Source: an uncultured Rickettsia sp. (GTDB lineage: Bacteria; Pseudomonadota; Alphaproteobacteria; Rickettsiales; UBA1997). Taken from it: a stretch of 64,000 bases of DNA. The notes below the pieces were generated by a model. It was not told the origin of the DNA. It did not search any database and saw only the letters and a program-made list of their open reading frames with translations. How positions within the stretch are numbered: position 1 is the first letter of the stretch; every line of letters begins with the position of its first letter. Shown here piece by piece: positions 9,628-19,344 of the stretch. The position numbers were made by a program, and so were the translations under genes. Where the stretch lies: positions 22,767 through 86,766 of the forward strand of contig CAZDGN010000001.1 in assembly GCA_964505265.1 (NCBI GenBank). Direction: 5' to 3'.

Positions 9628-10369
9628 TAAAATAGATTTTAAAAATCTCAATTACGATTCTTTCAAAAAATTGGCTAATGATAAATCGCTATCCAGTTAT
9701 GAAAAAATTGGATTCCCTGAAGAATATAGAAAGAATAAGGAGAATTTTATCCTTGAGGATATAATTAATAAATGTAGCCTTTTTGAATCTAAGGAAAAAT
9801 CTATTCTTGATATTGGATGTGGCTGTAGCCCTCTCACAAAGGTTATAATTGATTATTGTGTAAGCAAAAATCATAAACTTACACTTAATGATAGCGAGGA
9901 AATGTTGTCATTAATTGAAAATGGAAATTATGAAAAAATCAGTGGTTTTTATCCTTCCATTCAAAACGAAATTTTAAAATATGAACCAAAAGGATTTGAT
10001 ATAATATTGTGTTACTCTGTTTTTCATTATATTATTTTTGATAGCAATATGTGGGATTTTCTAGATAGTGCAATTTCTATTTTAAAAAATGGCGGACAAA
10101 TGTTGATAGGAGACATTCCAAATTTATCAAAAAGAAAAAGATTTTTTTCAAGTGAAAGTGGAATAAAGTTTCATCAAGATTTTATGAAAACTAAAGACAA
10201 ACCCATAGTAGAATATAACAAAGTTGAGCCTAAAGAGTTAGATGACTCAATTCTTGATGCTATTGTGCAAAGAGCTAGAAATTGCGGATGTGATGCCTAT
10301 ATTTTACCTCAAAACAAAAATCTTCCAATGGCAAATAGAAGGGATGATATTTTAATTTTAAAACCATGA
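9611..10369 (+). CDS. Class I SAM-dependent methyltransferase
   Basis: Motif I is ILDIGCGCSPLT, followed by an acidic residue block (LNDSEEM) and GGQMLIGDIPN. It overlaps the upstream gene by 17 nt. Its TGA overlaps the next ATG (ATGA). Confidence 0.75.
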   Translation: MNKKINKIDFKNLNYDSFKKLANDKSLSSYEKIGFPEEYRKNKENFILEDIINKCSLFESKEKSILDIGCGCSPLTKVIIDYCVSKNHKLTLNDSEEMLSLIENGNYEKISGFYPSIQNEILKYEPKGFDIILCYSVFHYIIFDSNMWDFLDSAISILKNGGQMLIGDIPNLSKRKRFFSSESGIKFHQDFMKTKDKPIVEYNKVEPKELDDSILDAIVQRARNCGCDAYILPQNKNLPMANRRDDILILKP

Positions 10370-11043
10370 TCAAAACAAAAAAATTAGTTATTATTGGAGT
10401 TGGCAATATTGCATTAAGTGCTTATGAATATTTTTCCCATGACTCCCTTTACGAGGTGGTGGCATTTTCAGTCAATAAAAATTTTATCAAAGATTCGGTA
10501 TTTTTGAATTTGCCAATTATTCCTATTGAAAATATCGAATCTTATTACGACAATATAAATCATGAAATTTTTGTTGCTATTGGAGATAGTCATTTAAACA
10601 AAGATAGGGAAAAAGTTTATAAATCTTTAAAAGAAAAAAATTATAAATTTGCAAATTATATAAGTTCAAAAGCCTTTGTTTGGAAAGATGTTAAGATTGG
10701 GGAAAATTGTTTTATATTAGAAAATAATGTTATTCAACATGGTGTTGAAATTGGAAATAATGTTATTTTGTGGAGCGGAAATCATATTGGGCATTTTGCT
10801 AAAATTTTTGATAATTGTTTTATAACATCTCATGTTGTTATTTCTGGTTACAGTATAATTGGAAAAAATTGTTTTATCGGTGTTAATGCTTCTATTTCTA
10901 ATAATATAGAAATTGGTGAATTTAATTTTATTGGACTTGGTGCAATAATTAATAAAAGCACAGAAGAAAATAGCCTTTATTTTTCTAAGCCATCAGAAAA
11001 AAGCAAGGTTTCGGCAAAAAGATTTTGTAAAATTATTGATTAA
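10366..11043 (+). CDS. Sugar N-acyltransferase, NeuD/PglD/FdtC-type left-handed beta-helix
   Basis: The N-terminal Rossmann-like KLVIIGVGNIALSAYEY is followed by hexapeptide repeats (IGENCFILENNVIQHGVEIGNNVILWSGNHIGH...IGKNCFIGVNASISNNIEIGE). Confidence 0.8.
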   Translation: MIKTKKLVIIGVGNIALSAYEYFSHDSLYEVVAFSVNKNFIKDSVFLNLPIIPIENIESYYDNINHEIFVAIGDSHLNKDREKVYKSLKEKNYKFANYISSKAFVWKDVKIGENCFILENNVIQHGVEIGNNVILWSGNHIGHFAKIFDNCFITSHVVISGYSIIGKNCFIGVNASISNNIEIGEFNFIGLGAIINKSTEENSLYFSKPSEKSKVSAKRFCKIID

Positions 11044-11046
11044 ATT

Positions 11047-11982
11047 ATGAAATTTGAAAAAAAAGGTCTTATATTTTGTCCAAATGGTGAAGAAGAATGG
11101 ATGCAAAACTCATTTATGACTCCAGTTCCAATTTTAATTGAAGGTTCCGATTCAAGCAAAGATAAAATCAGAATTTTTGGCGGAATTAGAGATAAAGATG
11201 GCGTTTCAAGAATAGGATTTATGGATGTTAAGGCTAGTAATCCATCGGAAATTATTTATGTTCATAAAAAACCAATATTGGATATAGGAGAAAAAGGTTG
11301 TTTTGATGATAACGGCATGATTTTGGGAAGTTTAATAAAAATTAATAATACTTGGAGATTATATTATGTTGGATTTCAGATGGTAAAAAATGTAAAATTC
11401 TATGCATTTAGCGGAGTTGCAACATCTGAAAATTTATTTGATTTTAAAAGAAATTTTCAAACACCAATCATGGATAGAAAAGATTGGATGAAATATATAG
11501 GCGCAATTCATACCGTTCTTCATCAAAATAATAAATATAAGATTTGGTATTCTGCTGGAAATGATTGGAAATTTATAGATAATAACTATTATCCAGTTTA
11601 TTCAACGTTTTATACAGAGTCAAAAGATGGAATTAATTTTAATTACAATGTTAACGAATGCATTATTCAACCCAATAAAAATGAATACCGAATAGGAAGA
11701 CCAACGGTATTTAGAGTTAATGATAAATATATCATGTTTTGCACTAGGGATACCAAATATAAAGAATATGGAATTGCTTATTTCGAATCAAATAACGGCA
11801 TAGATTGGGAGAGGATGGATGAAAAAATGAAAGGTCTCGAAAAGTCTTCATGTGGTTGGGATAATGAAATGGTCTGTTATCCAAACATACTTTCATATAA
11901 AGAAAAAATCTATTGTTTTTATAATGGAAATGGCATGGGTAAAACGGGCGTTGGCTATGCCGAAATAATATCAGGATTTTAA
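11047..11982 (+). CDS. Predicted beta-propeller protein (GH43/32/130-like fold), function unknown
   Basis: 311 aa with no signal peptide. Blade-like repeats recur: WRLYYVGFQ, YKIWYSAGNDW, KYIMFCTRD, KIYCFYNGNGMG. The assignment rests on pattern only. Confidence 0.45.
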   Translation: MKFEKKGLIFCPNGEEEWMQNSFMTPVPILIEGSDSSKDKIRIFGGIRDKDGVSRIGFMDVKASNPSEIIYVHKKPILDIGEKGCFDDNGMILGSLIKINNTWRLYYVGFQMVKNVKFYAFSGVATSENLFDFKRNFQTPIMDRKDWMKYIGAIHTVLHQNNKYKIWYSAGNDWKFIDNNYYPVYSTFYTESKDGINFNYNVNECIIQPNKNEYRIGRPTVFRVNDKYIMFCTRDTKYKEYGIAYFESNNGIDWERMDEKMKGLEKSSCGWDNEMVCYPNILSYKEKIYCFYNGNGMGKTGVGYAEIISGF

Positions 11983-11984
11983 AT

Positions 11985-12917
11985 ATGCTAGTAGAAAAAT
12001 ATTCTTTAGAAAAATTATCGGAATGGAATGATTTTGTCGAAAAATCCAAAAATGGAACCTTTCTTTTTAATAGAAATTTTATGGATTATCACTCCGATAG
12101 ATTCCAAGATAATTCTTTAATGTTTTATAATGAAAGCAATAAGTTGATAGCTATTTTGCCAGCAAATTTAAATGCTGATGCTTTATATTCTCATCAAGGT
12201 CTTAGTTATGGCGGATTGATATGTGGATTTAATATAAAAATTTCAGAAGTTATAAATTGCTTCGAATCTATAAAAAATTATTCATTGGAAAATTCAATCA
12301 AGAAATTAATTTATAAAAGAGTTCCGAGTGTATATCACAACTATCCAGCCGATGAGGATTTATACGCTCTTTTTAAAAATAATGCAAAATTAATTAGGTT
12401 AGATTTTGGCTCGGTAATTCAATTTAAAAACAAATTAAATTGGAGTGAATTACGCAATAGATGTTTAAAAAAAGCCATAAAAGAAAATTTAACTATAAAA
12501 ATAAATCATGATTTAGATGATTATTTTAATTTGTTAAGTGAGGTATTGATTGCCTCTCATAATGTTAAGCCAGTTCATAGTTTATTTGAATTAAAATTAT
12601 TGTTCAATCGCTTTCCCGACAACATTAAACTGGTCTCTAGTTACAAGGGAAATAATTTAGTTAGCGGAATAATATTATTTATCGAAAAAAATGTCCTACA
12701 TGCACAATACATTGCTAATTCTAATGAGGGTAGGTCTTGCGGGGGTCTTGAAATAATAATACAGCATATTTTAACTGAGTTCAAAGAATTTAAATTTTTA
12801 TCATTTGGTATTTCAACGGAAGATAATGGAAATTATTTAAACGAAGGCTTGATTCAGCAAAAAGAGGGCTTTGGTGCCCGCGGGATATGTAATAGTTTTT
12901 ATGAATTAGTTTTTTAA
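11985..12917 (+). CDS. FemAB/CelD-like GNAT-fold acyltransferase
   Basis: 310 aa two-lobed layout. The start (W..F....KNGTFLFNRNFMDYHSDRF) and the C-terminal lobe (LVSGIILFIEKNVLHAQYIANSNEGRSCGGLE) resemble FemAB-like / Acetyltransf_6 proteins found in polysaccharide loci. Confidence 0.55.
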   Translation: MLVEKYSLEKLSEWNDFVEKSKNGTFLFNRNFMDYHSDRFQDNSLMFYNESNKLIAILPANLNADALYSHQGLSYGGLICGFNIKISEVINCFESIKNYSLENSIKKLIYKRVPSVYHNYPADEDLYALFKNNAKLIRLDFGSVIQFKNKLNWSELRNRCLKKAIKENLTIKINHDLDDYFNLLSEVLIASHNVKPVHSLFELKLLFNRFPDNIKLVSSYKGNNLVSGIILFIEKNVLHAQYIANSNEGRSCGGLEIIIQHILTEFKEFKFLSFGISTEDNGNYLNEGLIQQKEGFGARGICNSFYELVF

Positions 12918-12919
12918 AT

Positions 12920-14320
12920 ATGGCAAAAATTCTAATTACTTATTACTGGCCATATAAACTTCCTCAAGGTTATTCACCAACAATGTGCTTTTATGATGGA
13001 CTTAGAATTGCATTTGAAAAAAATAATCATGATGTTTTGGAAATTAATTTAGCAAATTTTGCGAATCATCCAAAAATTGATAACATAACAAATAACTCAA
13101 TTTTAGAAATAAATAATAATTATCTATATGAAAAAATTAATTTATATAAACCAGATTTGATAATTTCATTTAATCATTGCTTAACCAAAAAAATATATTC
13201 AATAACCACATGTCCAATTTTTATTTGGGATGGAGACTCCCCCTCTTCTCCATGGTGGTACAATACAGACTTAATTAATTCTGAAATAGACAGATTATTT
13301 TTTGCTTATACATCTATAAAAAATTTTAATTTCTTTAAAAAATTGTGGCAAATCAAAGATGAAAAATTGTTTTATACAAAATTAGCAACATCTTTAAAGC
13401 CAGAACAATTGAATTTTGATAAAGATATTTGTTTTATTGGTTCGACTTCAAAATCAATATCGTTAGGTATATCAAAATATTTGATAAAAATTGAATCTAG
13501 TAAAATTGAAAAATTGGAATTTATAAAAATCATAAAAATAGCAATTAGAGATGGGATATTTAATCCGTTAATTAAGGATTTTTTAATTGGGGCGGAAATT
13601 AAATTTGAGGAATTCTATTGGTATATCTCACAATTCAAAAGAAATGGGTTATTAGAATTATTAAGTGAAGATTTTAATTTGGAAATTTTTGGATGGACTA
13701 ATCTTGATCAAACGGATAAATTGTATATATATTTTGATAAAACACCGGTTTTTAGTGTTAAAAATAATCAAGAAATATATAATTCTAGTAAAATAGCACT
13801 AAATATAAATCAACCTCAGGTTTGCAATGAGGAATCAAAGTATTCGTGGCGAGTTTGCGATATAATGGCAACCAATTCTTGCTTAGTCTCTTCTTTTTGC
13901 CCAGCTTTAGAGGAGGATTTTAGTAAATGGGTAAAAATCCCACAATTTTCAAATAAGTTTGAAGCTTACGACATTTGTAGAAAACTATTATCAGATGAGC
14001 CTTGGAGAAAAGATGTGGTTGAAAATAGCAAGATCGCCATAAAAGAAGGTGGTTTTACATTCGATGATAGAGTTAGAGAAATAGAGAAAATTTTTAATCT
14101 AAAAAAATATGAAGACTTTCCTAAAATAAATTATGAATTTCTATTGGATCTAACGGCCAAAGAGATTCAAGAAGAGGTTCCGTTATCGATAAGAAAATCT
14201 AAATTTTCAATATTTAAAGTTACTAAAAAATTAATCAGAATTTTCTACAAAATCAACATAGAAAGAATCGTTAGATTTCCATTAAAACTATATAAATTTC
14301 TTTATAAAAAGGATTTGTAA
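12920..14320 (+). CDS. CgeB-like / DUF3880-type putative glycosyltransferase (GT-B C-terminal half)
   Basis: 466 aa. The C-terminal region KIALNINQPQ...YSWRVCDIMATNSCLVS...F resembles the CgeB (Glyco_trans_1_2) family. The N-terminal half is unassigned. Confidence 0.45.
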   Translation: MAKILITYYWPYKLPQGYSPTMCFYDGLRIAFEKNNHDVLEINLANFANHPKIDNITNNSILEINNNYLYEKINLYKPDLIISFNHCLTKKIYSITTCPIFIWDGDSPSSPWWYNTDLINSEIDRLFFAYTSIKNFNFFKKLWQIKDEKLFYTKLATSLKPEQLNFDKDICFIGSTSKSISLGISKYLIKIESSKIEKLEFIKIIKIAIRDGIFNPLIKDFLIGAEIKFEEFYWYISQFKRNGLLELLSEDFNLEIFGWTNLDQTDKLYIYFDKTPVFSVKNNQEIYNSSKIALNINQPQVCNEESKYSWRVCDIMATNSCLVSSFCPALEEDFSKWVKIPQFSNKFEAYDICRKLLSDEPWRKDVVENSKIAIKEGGFTFDDRVREIEKIFNLKKYEDFPKINYEFLLDLTAKEIQEEVPLSIRKSKFSIFKVTKKLIRIFYKINIERIVRFPLKLYKFLYKKDL

Positions 14321-14377
14321 ATTATAAAATTTAATTGTGAACGAATATCCCTTTAGCTAATTTAAAAATAATTTTTT

Positions 14378-15517
14378 ATGAAAAATCCCAAAATCTCTGT
14401 CTGCATTCCATCTTATAATCATGAAAAATATATTGGAAAAACAATTGAAAGTATCTTGAATCAAACTTATAAGAATTTTGAGATTATTATAAGTGATGAC
14501 AACTCTAAAGATAATTCGGAAAATATTATAAAAAGCTACAAAGACCAAAGAATAAATTTTTATAAAAATAATGCCAATATTGGTCCAGCTTTAAATTCAA
14601 ATAAATTTATAGAGTTATCAAATTGTGATTACATTTTAATTCTTCCTTCTGATGATGTTTTATTAAAGAATGCATTAGAAATTTATTTAAAAGAGATTGA
14701 AAGTGATAATAATGCAGATGTTTTATTTTGTTGGTGTCAAACTATTGATGAAAATGATAATGAAATTGATAGTTACAATATGACTATAGCCAATCAAATA
14801 AGAGATAAAAATAAATTATTAAACGAACTCTTTTACGAGCAGAATTTTTTGATGGGACCGGGAGTTTTTATTAAAAAAAAATTATTTGATTTGATTGGAA
14901 ATTATAATGAAAATCTTCTTCAGGTTCAAGATTTGGAATTATGGGTAAGAATTTTAACTTCTGGATATAGAATCAATATTGTTAACGAAAAGTTAATTAA
15001 ATATAGAATCCATAATGAAAATCTTAGTAATAATTTAAATGAACCATTAAAAAATATTGCAATAAATTCTAGATATATTTTTGAGATCCAAAAAGTTTTA
15101 GAAAATTATAAAAATATTAAAGACTTTAATTTTTTTGTTGAAACCTTCCCGAATGTTTTAAAATATCCAGTAATAGATGAAAAATATAAAGATTACTATT
15201 TGATGAAGGAGGCTTTTAATGTTGGCATGAAGGGTCATGGTTGTTACAACATAGCATACAAATTATTCGCATGTGATTTGGCTTATAAAATTATTCACAA
15301 TAAAGAACTTTATAAAGAATTAGGTCAAATTTTCGGATTTGATTTTAAAGATTTTTCCTATATGCTTTCTCAGATAATTAATCTTGATAATATTGATTAT
15401 TTTTCTAACATTAATCCTAAAAAAATTAGTTTCAAAAATAATTCAATCAAACAAAATAAAATTAGAGATCTATTTAAATTTTTAAAAATTTCCCCAGCGA
15501 ATGAAAGAAAAAATTAA
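14378..15517 (+). CDS. GT2 glycosyltransferase
   Basis: ISVCIPSYNHEKYIGKTIESILNQTYKNFEIIISDDNSKDNS and LPSDD (DxD region). It is full-length similar to the protein at 26520-27629. Confidence 0.85.
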   Translation: MKNPKISVCIPSYNHEKYIGKTIESILNQTYKNFEIIISDDNSKDNSENIIKSYKDQRINFYKNNANIGPALNSNKFIELSNCDYILILPSDDVLLKNALEIYLKEIESDNNADVLFCWCQTIDENDNEIDSYNMTIANQIRDKNKLLNELFYEQNFLMGPGVFIKKKLFDLIGNYNENLLQVQDLELWVRILTSGYRINIVNEKLIKYRIHNENLSNNLNEPLKNIAINSRYIFEIQKVLENYKNIKDFNFFVETFPNVLKYPVIDEKYKDYYLMKEAFNVGMKGHGCYNIAYKLFACDLAYKIIHNKELYKELGQIFGFDFKDFSYMLSQIINLDNIDYFSNINPKKISFKNNSIKQNKIRDLFKFLKISPANERKN

Positions 15518-16577
15518 CGTAACAAAAGCTTATCTTCCAAATAAAGAAAAATTTATAAATTATTTAGATAAAATATGGGATAATGGTATTTTAACCAATC
15601 AAGGTCCCCTTTTACAAGAATTTGAGAATAAATTAGCAAAGTTTCTCGGATTAAAGAATATTCAATTTTTAACCAATGGAACACTTCCACTGCAAATTGC
15701 TATTAAAGCTATGGATTTGGAAGGTGAAATTATAACTACTCCATTTTCTTATGTCGCGACCGTTTCTTCAATACTTTGGGAAAGATGTGAACCTGTCTTT
15801 GTGGATATTGAAGTTGATAATTTTACTATTGATGTTGATAAAATTGAAAGGGCTATAACTTCCAAAACCAAGGCCATTATGGCGGTTCATTGTTTTGGCT
15901 TCCCATGTGATGTATTTAAAATTAATGAAATAGCAAAAAAACATAATTTAAAAGTTATCTATGACGGTGCTCATGCTTTTGGTTGCGAGTATTTCGGTAA
16001 ATCACTTTTAAGTTATGGAGATATATCTACTTGCTCTTTTCATGCAACAAAGTTGTTTCACACCATTGAGGGTGGGGCGATAATTGTAAATGATGATGAA
16101 ATTAATAAAAAAGTTGATTTGATCAAAAGATTTGGTCATATCTATGACGATCATTTCATGCTTGGAATAAATGCCAAAGCCTCAGAGTTTCAATCCGCAA
16201 TGGGTTTATGTAATTTGGATGATATTAATGAAATAATTTTGAATAGAAAAAAATCATATGAAATATATTTGAATGAAATTCGTAACGATTTTTTTATTCC
16301 AAAAATTAATAAAGATTTGAAATATAATTATGGTTATTTCCCAATTTTATTTAAGAATGAATCGCAATTAAAAAATTTAATCTTAGAGTTAAATAAAAAT
16401 GATATTTTTCCAAGAAGATATTTTTATCCGTCTTTAAATAATCTTCCATATTTAAAGGAAAAACAAAGCTGTTCAATCTCAGAAGACATATCTTCCAGAA
16501 TTTTATGTTTACCGCTTTATTATAATTTAGACCCAAAAATTATTTTAAAAATATGTCAAAATATAAATAAAAATTAA
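15501..16577 (+). CDS. DegT/DnrJ/EryC1/StrS-family PLP aminotransferase
   Basis: ILTNQGPLLQEFENKLAKFLG, LTNGTLPLQIA, and the PLP-lysine block CSFHATKLFHTIEGGAI. It overlaps the upstream GT2 by 17 nt. Confidence 0.85.
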   Translation: MKEKINVTKAYLPNKEKFINYLDKIWDNGILTNQGPLLQEFENKLAKFLGLKNIQFLTNGTLPLQIAIKAMDLEGEIITTPFSYVATVSSILWERCEPVFVDIEVDNFTIDVDKIERAITSKTKAIMAVHCFGFPCDVFKINEIAKKHNLKVIYDGAHAFGCEYFGKSLLSYGDISTCSFHATKLFHTIEGGAIIVNDDEINKKVDLIKRFGHIYDDHFMLGINAKASEFQSAMGLCNLDDINEIILNRKKSYEIYLNEIRNDFFIPKINKDLKYNYGYFPILFKNESQLKNLILELNKNDIFPRRYFYPSLNNLPYLKEKQSCSISEDISSRILCLPLYYNLDPKIILKICQNINKN

Positions 16578-16579
16578 AA

Positions 16580-18442
16580 ATGATAACAGTTCTTTTAATC
16601 TCATATAATCATGAAAAGTTTATTGAAAAAGCCATAAAAAGTGTTTTGGAGCAAAAAACAAATTTTGACTTTAAGATTAAAATTTTTGATGACGCCTCAA
16701 CTGATAATTGTTCCAAAATAATCAATGATTTTAAAGAAATATACGGTCGAAAAATCGATGTAAAAATTAGAGAAAAAAATCTTGGTTACATAGAAAATAT
16801 TTATTTAGCAATCAAAAGCGTTGATACGAAATATTTTTGTATTTTAGAATGTGATGATTATTGGTGTGATGAAAAAAAATTACAGTTGCAGTTTGAGGGT
16901 CTTGAAAATAATGAGGATTGCTCTTTTTGTGGACATGAAACCCTGATTAGTAATCCTAATTTTAACTCCCGAGCTGGCAAAGATGGAGAAAAAATTTTTG
17001 CAAATAGTTACAATGGGATTTTGAAGAATAAATTTGATGAAAATAATGATTTTTGGGTTCATACTTCTTCAAGATTATTTAGAACCAATTTAATAAATTT
17101 TGATTCGTTAAAATATAGAGAATCCATAGTAAATGATGTATGCTTATTTTGGTATTTTTTATCTAAGGGAAAAATGTTATACTTAGATAGAGTAATGTCG
17201 GTTTATAACGTAACTGGTATTGGTTTAAGCTCATCTTCAAGCAATAAATCTAGTACTGATTTTCATCTTTATTCTCTTATAAAAATTAACATTGATACCA
17301 ATTTTGTTTTTCAAAAAATTTTATTTGATAAAATAAAAAAACATAAATTTTATAGTAAGGATATTATTAATGAAATTGAGCAAAATATTATTTGCTCTGA
17401 CTCCGAATTAACTTTTAAAAAACTACTTCCAAAAGAAGTCAAAAATAGATCGATAATCCCGGTTATGACATGTTTTGATAAAAATTATGTTGTTCCAAGT
17501 ATTATTGCTTTTTATTCACTTCTAGAAAATTGCAATAAGGATTATTTTTATAAAATTTATGTTTTGACATCCGATATTTCGCTTCAACAACAATACGATA
17601 TTGAATATTGTCTTAGGGATTTTGATAATTATTCAATAGAATTTATTTTTATGAATAATAAATTCGACGATTTGTGGAATAATCTTGAAACCAAGGCTCA
17701 TTTTTCTAAAGAAGTTTTTTATAAACTTTTAACAGCAAGTATTTTCCCAAATTATGATAAAATAATAATTACCGATGTAGATGTTGTTTTTTTGGGAGAT
17801 ATATCATCGAGCTATACTGAAGCTGATGTCAATGAAGACTTTTATTTGGCATCGATAAAGCCAGTTGGAAAAATTCTTGGTTATTATGACAATCCACAAT
17901 ATAAAAATAATTTTACTAGTGAAGAAATCGAAGATTTAAAATCTTCTTGTGGCGGTTATTTAATTATGAATTTAAAAAAAATTCGTGAAAATAATATTGA
18001 AGAAAAATTTATAGAATGTTTTAAAAATAACGCTAACAGATTAAATCAAGCTGAGCAAGATGTGTTAAACTTGGTATGTGCTAAGAAAATTAAATTTTTA
18101 CATCCAAAATTTTTAGTTTGTAGTTATTTATATGATTTGTATAAAACACCAGAAGATTTTGAAAATGATATTAATTTTTCTAAAGATGAGTTATTGGAAG
18201 CCTACTCAAATCCAGTTCAATTACATTATGCAACTTCAAAAAAACCCTGGAAAAATCCAGAAATTACCAAGGCGGAAAAGTGGTTCTTTTACTTGTCCAA
18301 AACCCCTATATTTGGGAATTTTATGTTGAATTTTACATTTAATAATTTCGGTACCAAATCTGATATTTTTTCATTTTCTTTTAAAATCTCAAAAAAAAGA
18401 AAAATATTTTTTAAAATTATAAAGGAAAAATTGAAATTATGA
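16580..18442 (+). CDS. Two-domain glycosyltransferase: N-terminal GT2 fused to C-terminal GT8
   Basis: GT2 half: ITVLLISYNHEKFIEKAIKSVLEQ...IFDDASTDNC...ECDDYW. GT8 half, from about residue 290: IPVMTCFDKNYVVPSIIAFYSLLEN, IIITDVDVVFLGD (DxD), NQAEQDVLNLV, HYATSKKPW. Confidence 0.75.
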   Translation: MITVLLISYNHEKFIEKAIKSVLEQKTNFDFKIKIFDDASTDNCSKIINDFKEIYGRKIDVKIREKNLGYIENIYLAIKSVDTKYFCILECDDYWCDEKKLQLQFEGLENNEDCSFCGHETLISNPNFNSRAGKDGEKIFANSYNGILKNKFDENNDFWVHTSSRLFRTNLINFDSLKYRESIVNDVCLFWYFLSKGKMLYLDRVMSVYNVTGIGLSSSSSNKSSTDFHLYSLIKINIDTNFVFQKILFDKIKKHKFYSKDIINEIEQNIICSDSELTFKKLLPKEVKNRSIIPVMTCFDKNYVVPSIIAFYSLLENCNKDYFYKIYVLTSDISLQQQYDIEYCLRDFDNYSIEFIFMNNKFDDLWNNLETKAHFSKEVFYKLLTASIFPNYDKIIITDVDVVFLGDISSSYTEADVNEDFYLASIKPVGKILGYYDNPQYKNNFTSEEIEDLKSSCGGYLIMNLKKIRENNIEEKFIECFKNNANRLNQAEQDVLNLVCAKKIKFLHPKFLVCSYLYDLYKTPEDFENDINFSKDELLEAYSNPVQLHYATSKKPWKNPEITKAEKWFFYLSKTPIFGNFMLNFTFNNFGTKSDIFSFSFKISKKRKIFFKIIKEKLKL

Positions 18443-19344
18443 AAAAAGTTTTAATCACTGGTGGTGCTGGATTTATTGGTTCTCATATTTTAGATTATTT
18501 TAAAGAAAAAGGTTTTTTTTGTGCAGTGGTTGACAATTTGTCGACTGGTAAGATTGAAAATACCAGAAATTCTGATGTATTTTATAATATCGATATAAGA
18601 GATGAAGGTAAATTGATGGATATTTTTAAAGAACATAAATTTGACTTCGTTATTCATCAAGCAGCTCAAGTGAGTGTTAATAAATCAATCAATAATCCAA
18701 TTGAAGATTTATCAATAAATATAGTGGGCTCATTAAATTTAATAAATTTATGCAAAAAATTTCTTGTTAATAAAATTATTTTAGCCTCCACAGCTGCGGT
18801 ATATGGTGAAAAAAATTCATTGCCAATAAAAGAAAGCGATGAATTGTCGCCAATTTGTCCATATGGGATTTCTAAAATGGCTATGGAATTTTATGTAAAA
18901 TGTTCGGGTTTAAATTATGGGATTTTTCGCTATTCAAATGTTTATGGGCCAAGGCAATATCAAAGTGCCGAGAGTGGAGTAATATCAATATTTTGCAATA
19001 ATATTAAAAATAAAACCAATCATATTGTGTTTGGCGATGGTGAACAAACAAGAGATTTTATATATGTTGAAAATGTTGCCAAAGTAATTTTTAACTATTG
19101 TAACTCTGATTTAAATAGTCAAATATTAAATTTATCTTCAAACACTTCTATAACAATAAATAAACTAATATCAACTTTAAACAAAATTTCTGAAATTAAT
19201 TTGCCGATTATTTATAAGGAACCAAGACCTAATGAAATAATTCATAGTAGACTCGATAATTCAAATATTATCAAATTAAATTTGATCAATAATGATACCT
19301 TTGATTTTGAAATGACAATAAATAATACTCTAAAATTAATATGA
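18439..19344 (+). CDS. NAD-dependent nucleotide-sugar epimerase/dehydratase (extended SDR)
   Basis: VLITGGAGFIGSH, catalytic YGISKMAMEFY (YxxxK), and FRYSNVYGPRQ. It overlaps both neighbours by 4 nt. Confidence 0.8.
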   Translation: MKKVLITGGAGFIGSHILDYFKEKGFFCAVVDNLSTGKIENTRNSDVFYNIDIRDEGKLMDIFKEHKFDFVIHQAAQVSVNKSINNPIEDLSINIVGSLNLINLCKKFLVNKIILASTAAVYGEKNSLPIKESDELSPICPYGISKMAMEFYVKCSGLNYGIFRYSNVYGPRQYQSAESGVISIFCNNIKNKTNHIVFGDGEQTRDFIYVENVAKVIFNYCNSDLNSQILNLSSNTSITINKLISTLNKISEINLPIIYKEPRPNEIIHSRLDNSNIIKLNLINNDTFDFEMTINNTLKLI

